From positions 1 to 55,907 of the forward strand of contig JBFWZG010000002.1 of NCBI GenBank assembly GCA_050185515.1: a stretch of 55,907 nucleotides of DNA. The letters are read 5' to 3'. The DNA comes from Reyranellaceae bacterium (GTDB taxonomy: Bacteria; Pseudomonadota; Alphaproteobacteria; Reyranellales; JAQSWP01). Position 1 is the stretch's first letter, and each line of letters starts with the position of its first letter. Under the pieces are notes generated by a model. That model was not told where the DNA came from, made no database searches, and saw only the letters and a program-made list of their open reading frames with translations. Of this stretch, positions 24,915-34,957 are shown piece by piece. The translations under genes were made by a program, and so were the position numbers.

Positions 24915-25932
24915 TGGCCGCCTCCAGCGCCCGCTCCAGCTTCGGCCCGGTGCCCGCCGCGTCGTAGAGCCAGCACGCCGCCTGGGTGGCGCCGGCCGGC
25001 AGCAGGTCCGGCCTCTGCTCGGTGCAGCGAGTGCCCGCCTGCGGGCAGCGCGGATTGAAGGCGCAGCCCCGCGGAATCTCGGTCAGACGCGGCATCGCGC
25101 CCTCGATCTGCGTCAGCCTGCCCTGTTCGCCGCCGATCGCCGGGATCGAACCCATCAGGCCGCTGGTGTACGGATGGCGCGCATTCTTCACTACCTCGCG
25201 CACCGGACCGATCTCGGCGATGCGGCCGGCATACATCACCGCAACGCGGTCGGCGGTCTCGGCAATCACGCCCATGTCGTGCGTCACCAGCATCACCGCC
25301 GTGCCGTGCTCGCGACACAGCCGCTTGAGCAGCGCGATGATCTGCGCCTGGATCGACACGTCCAGGGCCGTGGTCGGCTCGTCGGCGATGATCAGCTTCG
25401 GGTTCGCGCACAACGCCAGCGCAATCACCACGCGCTGTCGCATGCCGCCGGAGAACTGGTGCGGATAATGGTCGACGCGCTGCTCGGCGGCCGGGATGCC
25501 GACCTCCTTGAGCAGTTCGATCGCCCGCGCCCGCGCCTGCTGCGCCGAAAGATCGATATGGGTCAGGATGGTCTCGACCAGCTGCCGGCCGACCGTGTAG
25601 AGCGGGTTGAGGCTGGTCAGCGGGTCCTGGAAAATCGCGCCGATCTGCGCGCCGCGCACCTTGCGCATCTCCTCGTGCGGCAGGTTGTCGATGCGCCGGC
25701 CGGCGAGGTTTATCTCGCCGCCGGCGACGCGGCCGGGCGGCTCGAGCAGGCCGATGATGGCGGCGCCGGTCAGCGACTTGCCTGCCCCCGATTCGCCCAC
25801 CACGCCCAGCACTTCGCCGGGATCGATATGAAACGACACGTCGTCGACCGCCACCAACGTGCCGCGCCTCGTGGGGAACTCGACCCGCAGGTTGCGGACC
25901 TCGAGCAGCGGCTGGTTGGCGGCGGCGTTCAT
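24907..25932 (-). CDS. peptide-type ABC transporter ATP-binding protein (DppD/OppD-like)
   Basis: Walker A GESGAGKSL, signature FSGGMRQR, and Walker B IIADEPTTALD. It overlaps the next gene by 8 nt. Confidence 0.9.
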   Translation of the reverse strand: MNAAANQPLLEVRNLRVEFPTRRGTLVAVDDVSFHIDPGEVLGVVGESGAGKSLTGAAIIGLLEPPGRVAGGEINLAGRRIDNLPHEEMRKVRGAQIGAIFQDPLTSLNPLYTVGRQLVETILTHIDLSAQQARARAIELLKEVGIPAAEQRVDHYPHQFSGGMRQRVVIALALCANPKLIIADEPTTALDVSIQAQIIALLKRLCREHGTAVMLVTHDMGVIAETADRVAVMYAGRIAEIGPVREVVKNARHPYTSGLMGSIPAIGGEQGRLTQIEGAMPRLTEIPRGCAFNPRCPQAGTRCTEQRPDLLPAGATQAACWLYDAAGTGPKLERALEAANG

Positions 25933-25942
25933 CGGTCCGGCC

Positions 25943-26869
25943 TCAGCGCAGCTTGGGATTGAGCGCGTCGCGCAGCCAGTCGCCCAGCAGGTTGACCGAC
26001 AGCACCAGCGCCAGCAGCGCGATCGCCGGCATCATCGAGATCCACCAGTTGCCCTCCTGGATGACGCGGTTGCCTTCCTCGATCAGCCGGCCCAGCGACG
26101 GCTGCGTCGCCGGCAGGCCGACCCCGAGGAAGGACAGCGTCGCCTCGGTGATGATGGCCAGCGCCAGGTTGATGGTGGCGATGACCAGCACCGGCCCCAT
26201 GACGTTGGGCAGGATGTGGCGGAACAGAATGACGATCGGGTGGATGCCGATGACCTTGGCCGCCAGCACGTATTCCTTGTTTTTTTCGACCAGCACCGAG
26301 CCGCGCACCGTGCGCGCGTACTGCACCCAGAACGACAGGCCGATCGACAGGATGATCACGATCATCGCCAGCTCGTCGAAGCGCTGGTTGCCGACGATGC
26401 CGCGCGCCACGCCGTTGATCAGCAGCGCGATCAGGATCGCCGGGAAGGTGAGCTGCACGTCGGCGGCGCGCATGATGAAGGCGTCGACGGCGCCGCCGGC
26501 ATAGCCGCTGACCAGCCCTAGCGTGATCCCCAGCGCCATGGCGAACAGCACCGAGACGAAGCCGACGAACAGCGAAATGCGCATGCCGTAGAGGATGGCC
26601 GACAGAACGTCGCGCCCCTGCTCGTCGGTGCCGAGCAGGAATTCGGGATTGCCGCCCTCCATCCAGAACGGCGGCAGCAGGCCGTTTATCAGATTGATGG
26701 AGCCGAGATCGAGCGGGTCGGTCGGCGAGATCCACGGCGCGAAGATCGCCGCCAGAAACAGCAGCACCGTGACTATGCCGGCCGCGACGATGACCGGCGA
26801 CTTGCGGAAGCTGTAGGCGACGTCGCTGTCCCAGGCGCGATAGACCATGGCGGCGAGGCGGGTTGACAT
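25943..26869 (-). CDS. ABC transporter permease (DppC-like)
   Basis: Start set at MSTRLAAMVYRAW, 1 nt after the upstream stop. Contains an LLGTDEQGRDVLS motif. Confidence 0.88.
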   Translation of the reverse strand: MSTRLAAMVYRAWDSDVAYSFRKSPVIVAAGIVTVLLFLAAIFAPWISPTDPLDLGSINLINGLLPPFWMEGGNPEFLLGTDEQGRDVLSAILYGMRISLFVGFVSVLFAMALGITLGLVSGYAGGAVDAFIMRAADVQLTFPAILIALLINGVARGIVGNQRFDELAMIVIILSIGLSFWVQYARTVRGSVLVEKNKEYVLAAKVIGIHPIVILFRHILPNVMGPVLVIATINLALAIITEATLSFLGVGLPATQPSLGRLIEEGNRVIQEGNWWISMMPAIALLALVLSVNLLGDWLRDALNPKLR

Positions 26870-26870
26870 G

Positions 26871-27857
26871 TCAGTGGCCTCCCTTGCCCAGGCTGTCGAG
26901 CCGCAGCCGCGGATCGACGGCGTAGTACAGCAGGTCCACGGCAAGATTGATGACCACGAAGAACAGCGCGATCAGCACCAGGTAGGTCGCCATCACCGGA
27001 ATGTCGACCGATTGGACCGACTGGATGAAAAGCTGCCCCATGCCCGGCCACGAAAACACCGTCTCGGTGATGATGGCGAAGGCGATGATGGCGCCGAGTT
27101 GCAGGCCGGTGATGGTGATGACCGGCACCAGCGTGTTCTTGAGCGCGTGGCCGAAATTTATCGCCCGGTCGGTCAGGCCGCGGGCGCGGGCGAACTTGAT
27201 GTAGTCGGTCCGCATGACCTCGAGCATCTCCGAGCGCACCAGCCGCATGATCAGGGTGAGCTGGAACAGGCCCAGCGTGATGGCGGGAAGAATCATGGCC
27301 GACAGCCCGGACGAGGTGAAGAAGCCGCTGCTCCACCAGCCGATCTGCACCACCTCGCCGCGCCCGAAGGACGGCAGCACGTTGAGCCAGACCGCGAACA
27401 CCAGGATCAGCAGAATGCCGATCAGGAACGTCGGCAGCGACACGCCGATCAGCGAAACTGTGAGGAAGAAGCGGCTGGCGGGGCTGCGCGGATAGAGGCC
27501 CGTGAACACGCCGAGGCCGACGCCGACCACCAGCGCCATGACGGCGGCGACGAAACTCAGCTCGACCGTCGCCGGCAGGCGACTGGCGATGACGTCCATC
27601 ACCGGCTCGCTCATGCGGTAGGACAGGCCGAAATCGCCCTGCACGCCGTTGAAAACGAAACGCGCGAACTGGATCGGGAACGGATCGTTCAGGCCAAGCT
27701 GCTCGCGCAGCTTCTCGCGCTCGTCCAGCGGCGTGTCGATGCCAACCAGGCTGTTGATCGGATCGCCAACGAAGTTGAACAGCGAGAAGGCTATCAGGCC
27801 CACCGCCAGCATGACGACGATGGCCTGCAGGATGCGGCGGATGATGAACGCAAGCAT
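26871..27857 (-). CDS. ABC transporter permease (DppB-like)
   Basis: MLAFIIRRILQAIVVMLAVGLIAF N-terminus, typical of DppB/OppB. Confidence 0.9.
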   Translation of the reverse strand: MLAFIIRRILQAIVVMLAVGLIAFSLFNFVGDPINSLVGIDTPLDEREKLREQLGLNDPFPIQFARFVFNGVQGDFGLSYRMSEPVMDVIASRLPATVELSFVAAVMALVVGVGLGVFTGLYPRSPASRFFLTVSLIGVSLPTFLIGILLILVFAVWLNVLPSFGRGEVVQIGWWSSGFFTSSGLSAMILPAITLGLFQLTLIMRLVRSEMLEVMRTDYIKFARARGLTDRAINFGHALKNTLVPVITITGLQLGAIIAFAIITETVFSWPGMGQLFIQSVQSVDIPVMATYLVLIALFFVVINLAVDLLYYAVDPRLRLDSLGKGGH

Positions 27858-27920
27858 CGGGCTGGCAAAAGCGGCGTGGTCCGGACTTGCGTCCGGACCA
27901 CGCCCCGTTTCCCTGCGATG

Positions 27921-29540
27921 CTACTTGATCGTCACGAACGACAGCGGGAAGACGTTGTCGGCCCGCTGCACGACGTCGACGTTCTTGCGCATCGCCCACA
28001 CCACCGCCTGCTGGTGCAGCGGAATGTGGCCGACCTCGTCGAGGTGGATCTTCTGCGCTTCCTTGAGCATGGCGTCGCGCTTGGCCTTGTCGGTCTCCTG
28101 CTCGATCTTGTCGGCCAGCTCGTCGACCTTCTTGTTGGAATAGCCGCCCGGGTTGAAGCCGCCCTTCTTGGTCGCCGCGTTGGGCGTCTGGATCAGCTGC
28201 TCCAGCACGTTGTGTGCGTCGTAGGTCGAGGCGGGCGACCAGCCCAGCATGAAGAAGCTGGTGTTGCCCGGCGAAAAGTCCGGCTTGCGCAGGATTTCGG
28301 CGAAGTACTTGGCGCGGGTCTGCGCGTTCAGGTTCACCTTGATGCCGATGCGGGCCAGCATCGATACGGTGGCCTTGCAGATCGCCTCGTCCTGGACGTA
28401 GCGGTCGTTCGGGCAGTCCATGCCGACCTCGAAGCCGTCGGGGTAGCCGGCGTCGGCCAGCAGCTTCTTGGCCGCCGCCACGTCGCCCTTCGGACGCACG
28501 TCGATGTCCTTGAAGTAGCCGTTGATGCCCTGGCCGACCATCAGCGCGGTCGGGAAGGACTGGCCGCGCATGATCGTGCGCTGCATCGCCTCCGGGTCGA
28601 TGGCGTACATGAACGCCTTGCGCACCCGCACGTCCTTGAACGGGTTCTTGCCCTTGACGTTCGACTTCAGCAGCTCCGGGCGCTCCTGGTCGAAGCCGAG
28701 ATAGACGACGCGGGTTTCGCGCCCGGCCACCACCTTGGTGTTCGGATCCTTCTTCAGCGCGTCTTCGTCCTGCGGCGGCACCGTATAGACGAAGTGCACC
28801 TCGCCCGAGCGCAGCGCCGCGGTGCGGGTGGCGGCATTGGCGATGCGATTGAACTCGGCGACGTCGATGTTGCCTTTGTGCTTGTCCCACCAGGCGGTGT
28901 TCTTGACCAGCACGGTCTTCACGTCAGGCTCGCGGCTCTGCAGCTTGAACGGGCCGGTGCCATTGGCGTTGCGGGTGGCGAAGTTGCTCTCGTCCGGCTT
29001 GGTCAGGTCGGCCACGGCGACGGCGCCGTTCTTCTCCGCCCAGGCCTTCGACATGATGTAGATCTGCGCCAGCTTGTCGACCATCAGCGGGTCGGGATAC
29101 TTGGTCTCAAGCACCACGGTCTGCTCGTCGACCTTGCGGATCTCCTTCATCGAGGGGAAATAGCCCTTCATGTTGGAGGCGCCGGTCGCCGCGCGGTTGA
29201 TCGAAAAGACCACGTCGTCGGCTACGAACGGCGTGCCGTCATGGAACTTCACGCCCTGGCGCAGCTTGAACTCCCAGGTCGTCGGCGACGTCAGCTTCCA
29301 CGAGGTGGCCAGCGCCGGTTCGAGCGCGAGGGCCGGGCTGCGACGCACCAGGCCCTCGTAGACGTTGCCGAGGAAGGACAGCAGGAACGTCTCGTTGCGG
29401 GCGTAGGGGTCCATCGAGTTGACGTCGCCGTCGTTCGCCCATTTGAAGACCTTGCCCTGCGCGAAGGCAGTGCCCGACGCCGCCGACGACAGCGCCAGCG
29501 CGCCCGCCGCCAGGATCAACGTCCTGAAGCCGATTTTCAT
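27921..29540 (-). CDS. ABC transporter substrate-binding protein, family 5
   Basis: Start at MKIGFRTLILAAGALALSSAASGTAFA (signal peptide) with GGGAGA 8 nt upstream. Length is about 539 aa. Confidence 0.88.
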   Translation of the reverse strand: MKIGFRTLILAAGALALSSAASGTAFAQGKVFKWANDGDVNSMDPYARNETFLLSFLGNVYEGLVRRSPALALEPALATSWKLTSPTTWEFKLRQGVKFHDGTPFVADDVVFSINRAATGASNMKGYFPSMKEIRKVDEQTVVLETKYPDPLMVDKLAQIYIMSKAWAEKNGAVAVADLTKPDESNFATRNANGTGPFKLQSREPDVKTVLVKNTAWWDKHKGNIDVAEFNRIANAATRTAALRSGEVHFVYTVPPQDEDALKKDPNTKVVAGRETRVVYLGFDQERPELLKSNVKGKNPFKDVRVRKAFMYAIDPEAMQRTIMRGQSFPTALMVGQGINGYFKDIDVRPKGDVAAAKKLLADAGYPDGFEVGMDCPNDRYVQDEAICKATVSMLARIGIKVNLNAQTRAKYFAEILRKPDFSPGNTSFFMLGWSPASTYDAHNVLEQLIQTPNAATKKGGFNPGGYSNKKVDELADKIEQETDKAKRDAMLKEAQKIHLDEVGHIPLHQQAVVWAMRKNVDVVQRADNVFPLSFVTIK

Positions 29541-29718
29541 GGATCTCGTCTCCCAATTTGGTTGTGCCGTCCGTTGGCCGGATGGCTCTGGCATGATGGA
29601 CCGCGCCGGCAGGTTTTGCCGGTTAGTCCTTGTCCTATCGCGTAGAACACTCCGGATTGGGAGTCAATCGCGTCTCGCTACGCGAACCATTGTCCGCCGA
29701 CAAGAAAGCCCTTCGAAC

Positions 29719-29742
29719 CATGACGGATGCGCATCCGTCATG
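29719..29742. repeat. 24-bp perfect palindrome CATGACGGATGCGCATCCGTCATG (possible operator)
   Basis: Read directly from the sequence. It lies in the 319-nt divergent region between the family-5 SBP gene and the aminotransferase gene. Confidence 0.9.
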
Positions 29743-29859
29743 TCCCGCGCGCTTGGCGATGCACTGGCGCATGGCTGCGCTTTGGCCTTACGCTGTGCCG
29801 CAGCATGGTCTCCGGCGTTCCGGCCGGGATCGCTTCGAGCTTCCGCGGAGGACAGAGAC

Positions 29860-31263
29860 GTGACCCATACCGCCCCCAGCCTGCCCGGCAATTCGCTTCA
29901 GGCCCGCGACATCGCCTCGGTCGCCCACCCCTATACCCATCTCAAGAAGCATCTGAGCGAGGGGCCGCTGGTCATCGCCCGCGGCAAGGGCGTGCGGGTC
30001 TACGACGATTCCGGCAAGGACTATCTCGAAGGCATGGCCGGGCTGTGGAGTGCGGCGCTCGGCTTCGACAACGAGCGGCTGGTGCAGGCGGCGCTGAAGC
30101 AGATGCGGCAGCTGCCCTTCTATCACGGCTTCGCCAGCAAGTCGCACGAGCCGATGATCGAACTGGCCGAGATGATGCTCAAGCGCGCGCCGGTGCCGAT
30201 GGCGCGGGTGTTCTTCGCCAATTCCGGGTCGGAGGCCAACGACAGCGCGCTGAAGCTGGTCTGGTACTACAACAACGCGCTGAACCGGCCGCAGAAGAAG
30301 AAAGTCATTTCGCGCATCAAGGGCTATCACGGCGTCACCATCGCCGCCGCCAGCCTGACCGGCCTGCCCAACAACCATCGCGATTTCGACCTGCCGATCG
30401 CCAACGTACTGCATACCGACTGCCCGCATTTCTATCGCTTCGGCCATCCGGGAGAGACGGAGGAGCAGTTCGCCACGCGCCTCGCCGACTCGCTCGACGC
30501 GATGATCCAGCGGGAAGGACCGGACACGGTGGCCGCCTTCATCGCCGAGCCGGTGATGGGCGCCGGCGGCGTCATCGTGCCGCCCGCCACCTACTACGAG
30601 AAAATCCAGGCGGTGCTGAAGAAGCACGACGTGCTGTTCATCGCCGACGAGGTGATCTGCGGCTTCGGCCGCACCGGCAACTACTGGGGCTGCCAGACCT
30701 TCGACATCAAACCCGACATCCTGACCTGCGCCAAGGCGCTGTCGGCGTCCTTCCTGCCGATTTCGGCGGTGATGGTGAACGAGAAAATCTGGCAGGCCAT
30801 GCTGGTCGAGAGCGAGAAGATCGGCACGTTTGGCCACGGCTTCACCTATTCCGGCCATCCCGTGCCGGCGGCCGTCGCGGTCGAGACGCTGAAGATCTAC
30901 GACGAGATCGATCTGGTCGGCCATGTCCGCAAGGTCGGACCCGTCATGCAGGCGGGCCTGCGCAAGCTGGGCGAGCATCCGCTGATCGGCGAGGTGCGGG
31001 GCATCGGCATGATCGGCGCGGTGGAGATCGTGCGCGACAAGAAGACCCGGGAAGCCTTCGCCACGGCCGGCGCCGCCGGCGGCCGCTTCGCCATGCACGC
31101 ACAGGATAACGGCCTGATCCAGCGCAACATGGGCGATTCGATCGCCTTCTCGCCGCCTCTGGTCATGACCGAGGCGGATGTCGAGGAAATGTTCGCCCGC
31201 GCCACCAAGGCGCTCGACCTGACCATGGCCGATCTGCGCGCTTCTGGCGAGTTCAAGGGCTGA
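29860..31263 (+). CDS. class III (omega) aminotransferase, PLP-dependent
   Basis: In-frame GTG 29860 has GGAGG 7 nt upstream. Contains the ADEVICGFGRTG motif and the PLP-lysine region CAKALSASFLP. Resembles beta-alanine/putrescine-pyruvate transaminases. Confidence 0.88.
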   Translation: MTHTAPSLPGNSLQARDIASVAHPYTHLKKHLSEGPLVIARGKGVRVYDDSGKDYLEGMAGLWSAALGFDNERLVQAALKQMRQLPFYHGFASKSHEPMIELAEMMLKRAPVPMARVFFANSGSEANDSALKLVWYYNNALNRPQKKKVISRIKGYHGVTIAAASLTGLPNNHRDFDLPIANVLHTDCPHFYRFGHPGETEEQFATRLADSLDAMIQREGPDTVAAFIAEPVMGAGGVIVPPATYYEKIQAVLKKHDVLFIADEVICGFGRTGNYWGCQTFDIKPDILTCAKALSASFLPISAVMVNEKIWQAMLVESEKIGTFGHGFTYSGHPVPAAVAVETLKIYDEIDLVGHVRKVGPVMQAGLRKLGEHPLIGEVRGIGMIGAVEIVRDKKTREAFATAGAAGGRFAMHAQDNGLIQRNMGDSIAFSPPLVMTEADVEEMFARATKALDLTMADLRASGEFKG

Positions 31264-31272
31264 TTCTATCGG

Positions 31273-32499
31273 CTAGGCCTTGTGCGCCCAGAGCGCCGAC
31301 CGCAGCCTCAGGAACGCCAGCAGGCAGAGCATCACCAGCGCCGGCGGAATGCAGGCGGTGTGGATGTCGGTCAGGTCCGCCAGGAAGCCGACCAGGAGGG
31401 CGCCGATCGGCGCGCCGCCCATGAAGCCGAGCTGGAACAAAGACAGGATGCGGGCGCGGTGCGAAGGCGGCGCCGCAATCTGCACGATCGTGCGTCCCTG
31501 CGTCATGTTTATGCCCGCCGTCACGCCCCAGAGAGCGCTCAGCGCCGCCACGCCGTAGAACGGCAATCGCTGCGACAGCGCCAGCAGCACGAAGGCGGCG
31601 ATCATCAGCGACACCAGCATGGCGCGGCCTGGCCGGCGCAACGCGCCGATCCTGACCTGGGCGAAGATCGAGGCGAGCGCGCCACCCCAGAAGAAGAAGT
31701 TCACCGTGGCGATCTCGGTGGCACCGCCGCCGAAATCGTCGCGCACGATCAGCGGCAGCAGCACCAGAAAGGCGCCGATGTAGAATATGCCGATCCCGAG
31801 CATGGCGACGATCACCGGCCATACCACCGGTATCGACCAGGCTTCGCGGATGCCGTCGGCGATCGCGGCCAGGCGTTTGCCGTCGCCGCCAGTCTGCTGC
31901 GGCGTCGCGGCCGTCAGTTTCCAGCATGCCAGCGCGCCCAGCGCCATGATCAGCGCCTGCCCGCACAGCAGCAGCGGCGCACCCAGCGCCTCGGCGGCGC
32001 TGGCGCCGGCCATGCCCAGAAGCTGCGACAGGAACTGCGCGCCGGTAACCAGCGCCACCGCCCGCGGCAGGTCGCGGCCCGCCACGTGCACCAGAAGCGC
32101 ATCGCGCGCCGGCATGGCGAAGGCGCCCAGCGTGCCCATGGCGAGGCCGAACACGACGATGGCCTCGAAGCTCAGATGACCGGCCAGCACCACGGCCGCC
32201 AGAGCGAGCGGCGGCACGGCGGCGAAGGCATGGTATCGGATGAGTAACTTGCGACCGTCGTTATGGTCGGCCACGGCACCGCCCAGCAGAATGAAGAGGA
32301 TCGCTGGCGCCATCAAAGCGGTTTGCGCGATGCCGACCAGGCGCGGCGGCGCTTCCAGCACAACCGCCACCAGCCACGGAAACAGCACCATCTGCAGGCC
32401 GAGACCGGCGTACCACGCGCCTAAACTGCCGAGGTAGAACGGAAAATCGCGATTGCGGGCGGCAGTGCCGGGAATAGCGGAGGCCATTGCTATGTCCAT
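31273..32499 (-). CDS. MFS transporter
   Basis: About 12 TM segments with an EntS/MFS_3-like pattern. The start is uncertain (ATG 32499 or 32487). Confidence 0.75.
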   Translation of the reverse strand: MDIAMASAIPGTAARNRDFPFYLGSLGAWYAGLGLQMVLFPWLVAVVLEAPPRLVGIAQTALMAPAILFILLGGAVADHNDGRKLLIRYHAFAAVPPLALAAVVLAGHLSFEAIVVFGLAMGTLGAFAMPARDALLVHVAGRDLPRAVALVTGAQFLSQLLGMAGASAAEALGAPLLLCGQALIMALGALACWKLTAATPQQTGGDGKRLAAIADGIREAWSIPVVWPVIVAMLGIGIFYIGAFLVLLPLIVRDDFGGGATEIATVNFFFWGGALASIFAQVRIGALRRPGRAMLVSLMIAAFVLLALSQRLPFYGVAALSALWGVTAGINMTQGRTIVQIAAPPSHRARILSLFQLGFMGGAPIGALLVGFLADLTDIHTACIPPALVMLCLLAFLRLRSALWAHKA

Positions 32500-32572
32500 G
32501 ATTGTGGGATCGGCCGTGCCGGTCCTGCCGCTCTGCCGTGCGGCAATGCGCCACCCATGAGAGCGGCGGTTC

Positions 32573-32586
32573 TTGATATAAATCAA
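32573..32586 (+). promoter_or_regulatory. FNR/FixK box, perfect consensus TTGATATAAATCAA
   Basis: 14/14 match to TTGAT-N4-ATCAA. It is centred 74 nt upstream of the hemA ATG, and a CATTCT -10-like hexamer (32608-32613) sits at the class II distance. Confidence 0.65.
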
Positions 32587-32653
32587 GGACTACCGGGGGA
32601 TGCGTGGCATTCTTGCCGGACATGGCATCGCCCGCCCCGCACTGGGATTCTCG

Positions 32654-33871
32654 ATGGACTACCGCAGCTTTTTCCGCCAGTCGCTGGCCGATCTCCAGAC
32701 CGAAGGTCGTTACCGCGTTTTCGCCGATCTCGAGCGCGAGGCCGGCAATTTCCCGCTGGCGCGCAACCATCGCAACGGCGGCACCAGCCAGGTCACCGTC
32801 TGGTGCTCGAACGACTACCTCGGCATGGGCCAGAATCCGGTGGTGCTCGACGCCATGCGCGCAGCACTGGATCTGTCGGGCGCCGGCGCGGGCGGCACCC
32901 GCAACATCTCAGGCACCAACCACAACCACGTCCTGCTCGAGCGTGAACTGGCCGACCTGCACGCGAAGCAGGCGGCACTCGTCTTCACCTCCGGCTACGT
33001 CGCCAACGAGACGACGCTGCAGACCCTGGGCAGTCGCCTGCCCGACTGCACCATCTTTTCCGATTCGCTGAACCACGCCTCGATGATCGCCGGCATTCGC
33101 AACGCCGGCTGCAAGCGCCACGTCTTCCGCCACAACGATCTGGCCGACCTCGAGCGCAAGCTCGAACAGGCCGGTCCGGGCGGCGCCCGGATCGTCGCTT
33201 TCGAGTCGGTCTACTCGATGGACGGCGACATTGCGCCGATCGGCGAGATCTGCGATCTGGCGCACCGCCATGGCGCGCTGACCTATCTCGACGAGGTGCA
33301 CGCCGTGGGCATGTACGGCCCGCAGGGCGCGGGCGTCGCCGAGCGCGACGGCGTGCTCGAGAAGGTCGATCTGGTTCAGGGCACGCTTGCCAAGGCCTTC
33401 GGCGTGATCGGCGGCTACATCGCCGGCGATGCCGAACTGGTCGATTTCGTGCGCAGCTTCGGCTCCGGCTTCATCTTCACCAGCGCCCTGCCGCCCTCGA
33501 TCGCCGCCGGCGCGTTGGCCAGCGTGCGCCATCTGCGCCGCCACAACGAGATTCGCGAGCGCCACCAGGAGCGCGCCGCCACGCTGAAACGCAAGCTCGG
33601 TGCGGCAGGCCTGCCGGTCATGCCGTCCGAAAGCCACATCGTGCCGCTGTTCGTCGGCGACGCCGAGCGCTGCAAGCGCGCCAGCGACATGCTGCTCGAT
33701 CTGCATGGCATTTACGTGCAGCCGATCAACTATCCCACCGTGCCGCGCGGCACCGAGCGGCTGCGCCTGACGCCTACGCCGCTGCACACCGATGCCATGA
33801 TGGCCGATCTGGTCGGCGCCCTGCTCGACGTCTGGAGCAGGCTGGGCCTGCTGCGCGCTGCGGCCGAGTAG
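32654..33871 (+). CDS. hemA: 5-aminolevulinate synthase
   Basis: MDYRSFF...[12 protein letters not shown]-terminus, plus [15 protein letters not shown] and the PLP-lysine block GTLAKAFG. Confidence 0.92.
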   Translation: MDYRSFFRQSLADLQTEGRYRVFADLEREAGNFPLARNHRNGGTSQVTVWCSNDYLGMGQNPVVLDAMRAALDLSGAGAGGTRNISGTNHNHVLLERELADLHAKQAALVFTSGYVANETTLQTLGSRLPDCTIFSDSLNHASMIAGIRNAGCKRHVFRHNDLADLERKLEQAGPGGARIVAFESVYSMDGDIAPIGEICDLAHRHGALTYLDEVHAVGMYGPQGAGVAERDGVLEKVDLVQGTLAKAFGVIGGYIAGDAELVDFVRSFGSGFIFTSALPPSIAAGALASVRHLRRHNEIRERHQERAATLKRKLGAAGLPVMPSESHIVPLFVGDAERCKRASDMLLDLHGIYVQPINYPTVPRGTERLRLTPTPLHTDAMMADLVGALLDVWSRLGLLRAAAE

Positions 33872-33955
33872 CGCGACGCTTTCCATCCGCCGCCAAATCG
33901 TTCAGAGTCCGGGGACGGCTTCACGCCGCCCGAATGAATTTCCGATGCGCGGAGC

Positions 33956-34348
33956 ATGGCGCTCAACCGGCAGCAACTGGCGAAGATTCTCGAGCTGATG
34001 GGCAGCGCCCATGACGGCGAGGCCCTGGCGGCCGCGCGCCGCGCCCATATGCTGGTGAAGAATTCCGGCCTGTCCTGGCAGACCCTGCTCGGCGCCCAGT
34101 CGGTTCCGGTTGCGCCAGCCGCTTCTGCCGCCGAAGCCCGACCGCGCGCCGCCACCCCTCATGGCCGCGAGCTGACCAGCTACGAGATGCTCTACGCGCT
34201 GCTGCATTCGAACCGCACGCCAGCGCTGATCAAGAAACGACTGAAGCCGCTGGAGGATCGCATCGTCGACGGCGACGTGGCCGACGAGGTGCTACAGGAA
34301 CTGCGCACACTGTTCCGCCGCTACGTCGCCGTCCCCGCCGGCGCCTGA
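33956..34348 (+). CDS. hypothetical protein (130 aa)
   Basis: Clean ORF ending 5 nt before the SRAP gene. The N-terminal helix LAKILELMGSAHDGEALAAARRAHMLV is reminiscent of DUF2786-type motifs (from memory, unverified). Confidence 0.5.
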   Translation: MALNRQQLAKILELMGSAHDGEALAAARRAHMLVKNSGLSWQTLLGAQSVPVAPAASAAEARPRAATPHGRELTSYEMLYALLHSNRTPALIKKRLKPLEDRIVDGDVADEVLQELRTLFRRYVAVPAGA

Positions 34349-34353
34349 GCGCC

Positions 34354-34950
34354 ATGTGCTCGCGCTTCGAGAACATGGTCGGCCCAGATTCGCTCAACGG
34401 GCGCTACGGCGTTCTCGCCCCGCTGGGCTACCGTGCCTCGTCCGACATCAGGCCCGACAACGAGGTGCTGATCGTCACGGCGGCCGGCGGCGCATTGCGG
34501 CGCTGGGGCCTGAAGGCGCCATGGGACAATCGCCTCATCATCAACGCCCGCGCCGAGACGGTGGCGCAGAAATCGACCTTTCGCCGCCTGCTCGGCAGCC
34601 GCTGCCTGATCCCCGCCACCGCCTGGTACGAATGGCAGGCGGTGCCCGGCGCCAAGCGCAAACGCAAATACGTGCTGATGCCGGCAGACGGCGAGAGCTT
34701 CGCTTTCGCCGGCCTGACCGACGGCGAACGCGTGGTCATGCTCACCCGCGCCCCCGCTCCCGAGATCGCTCATGTGCACGATCGCATGCCCGCCGTGCTG
34801 GCGCGTGGGGACGAAGCGCGCTGGATCGACCCGCAGGCTGGCTTCGATCAGGTTCGCGGGCTGCTCGACGGTGGCGGCACACGCTACGCCAGCGAGCCGG
34901 TCGACGACGCCCCATCCCCGCCGAAACGCCAGCCCGACCTGTTCGAGTGA
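34354..34950 (+). CDS. SOS response-associated peptidase (SRAP/YedK, DUF159)
   Basis: N-terminal MCSRF supplies the catalytic Cys2. Also contains INARAET, PATAWYEW and HDRMP motifs. Confidence 0.85.
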   Translation: MCSRFENMVGPDSLNGRYGVLAPLGYRASSDIRPDNEVLIVTAAGGALRRWGLKAPWDNRLIINARAETVAQKSTFRRLLGSRCLIPATAWYEWQAVPGAKRKRKYVLMPADGESFAFAGLTDGERVVMLTRAPAPEIAHVHDRMPAVLARGDEARWIDPQAGFDQVRGLLDGGGTRYASEPVDDAPSPPKRQPDLFE

Positions 34951-34957
34951 ATGGCGA

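Noticed and set aside
26847-29645. Very long antisense/shadow ORFs. Examples are 26847-29645 (932 aa), 52844-55057 (737 aa), 53158-55128 (656 aa), 45173-47251 (692 aa), 44285-45664, 9016-10596, 7647-9413, 241-1515 and 1522-2907.
   Set aside because: All lie opposite to, or out of frame with, genes that have clear family motifs. Their translations are dominated by Arg/Ala/Gly/Pro/His runs with no motifs. Such ORFs are expected in ~65-70% GC DNA, where stop codons are rare in non-coding frames.
29630-29891. Two small overlapping ORFs (77 aa on + and 75 aa on -) in the SBP/aminotransferase intergenic region.
   Set aside because: They are mutually antisense and have no SD. Their composition is typical of random GC-rich ORFs, and both are centred on the 24-bp palindrome, which better explains the region.
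33872-33955. An SOS (LexA) box upstream of the small-ORF/SRAP pair.
   Set aside because: Only a single GTTC occurs. No GTTC-N7-GTTC or GAAC-N7-GAAC direct repeat is present.
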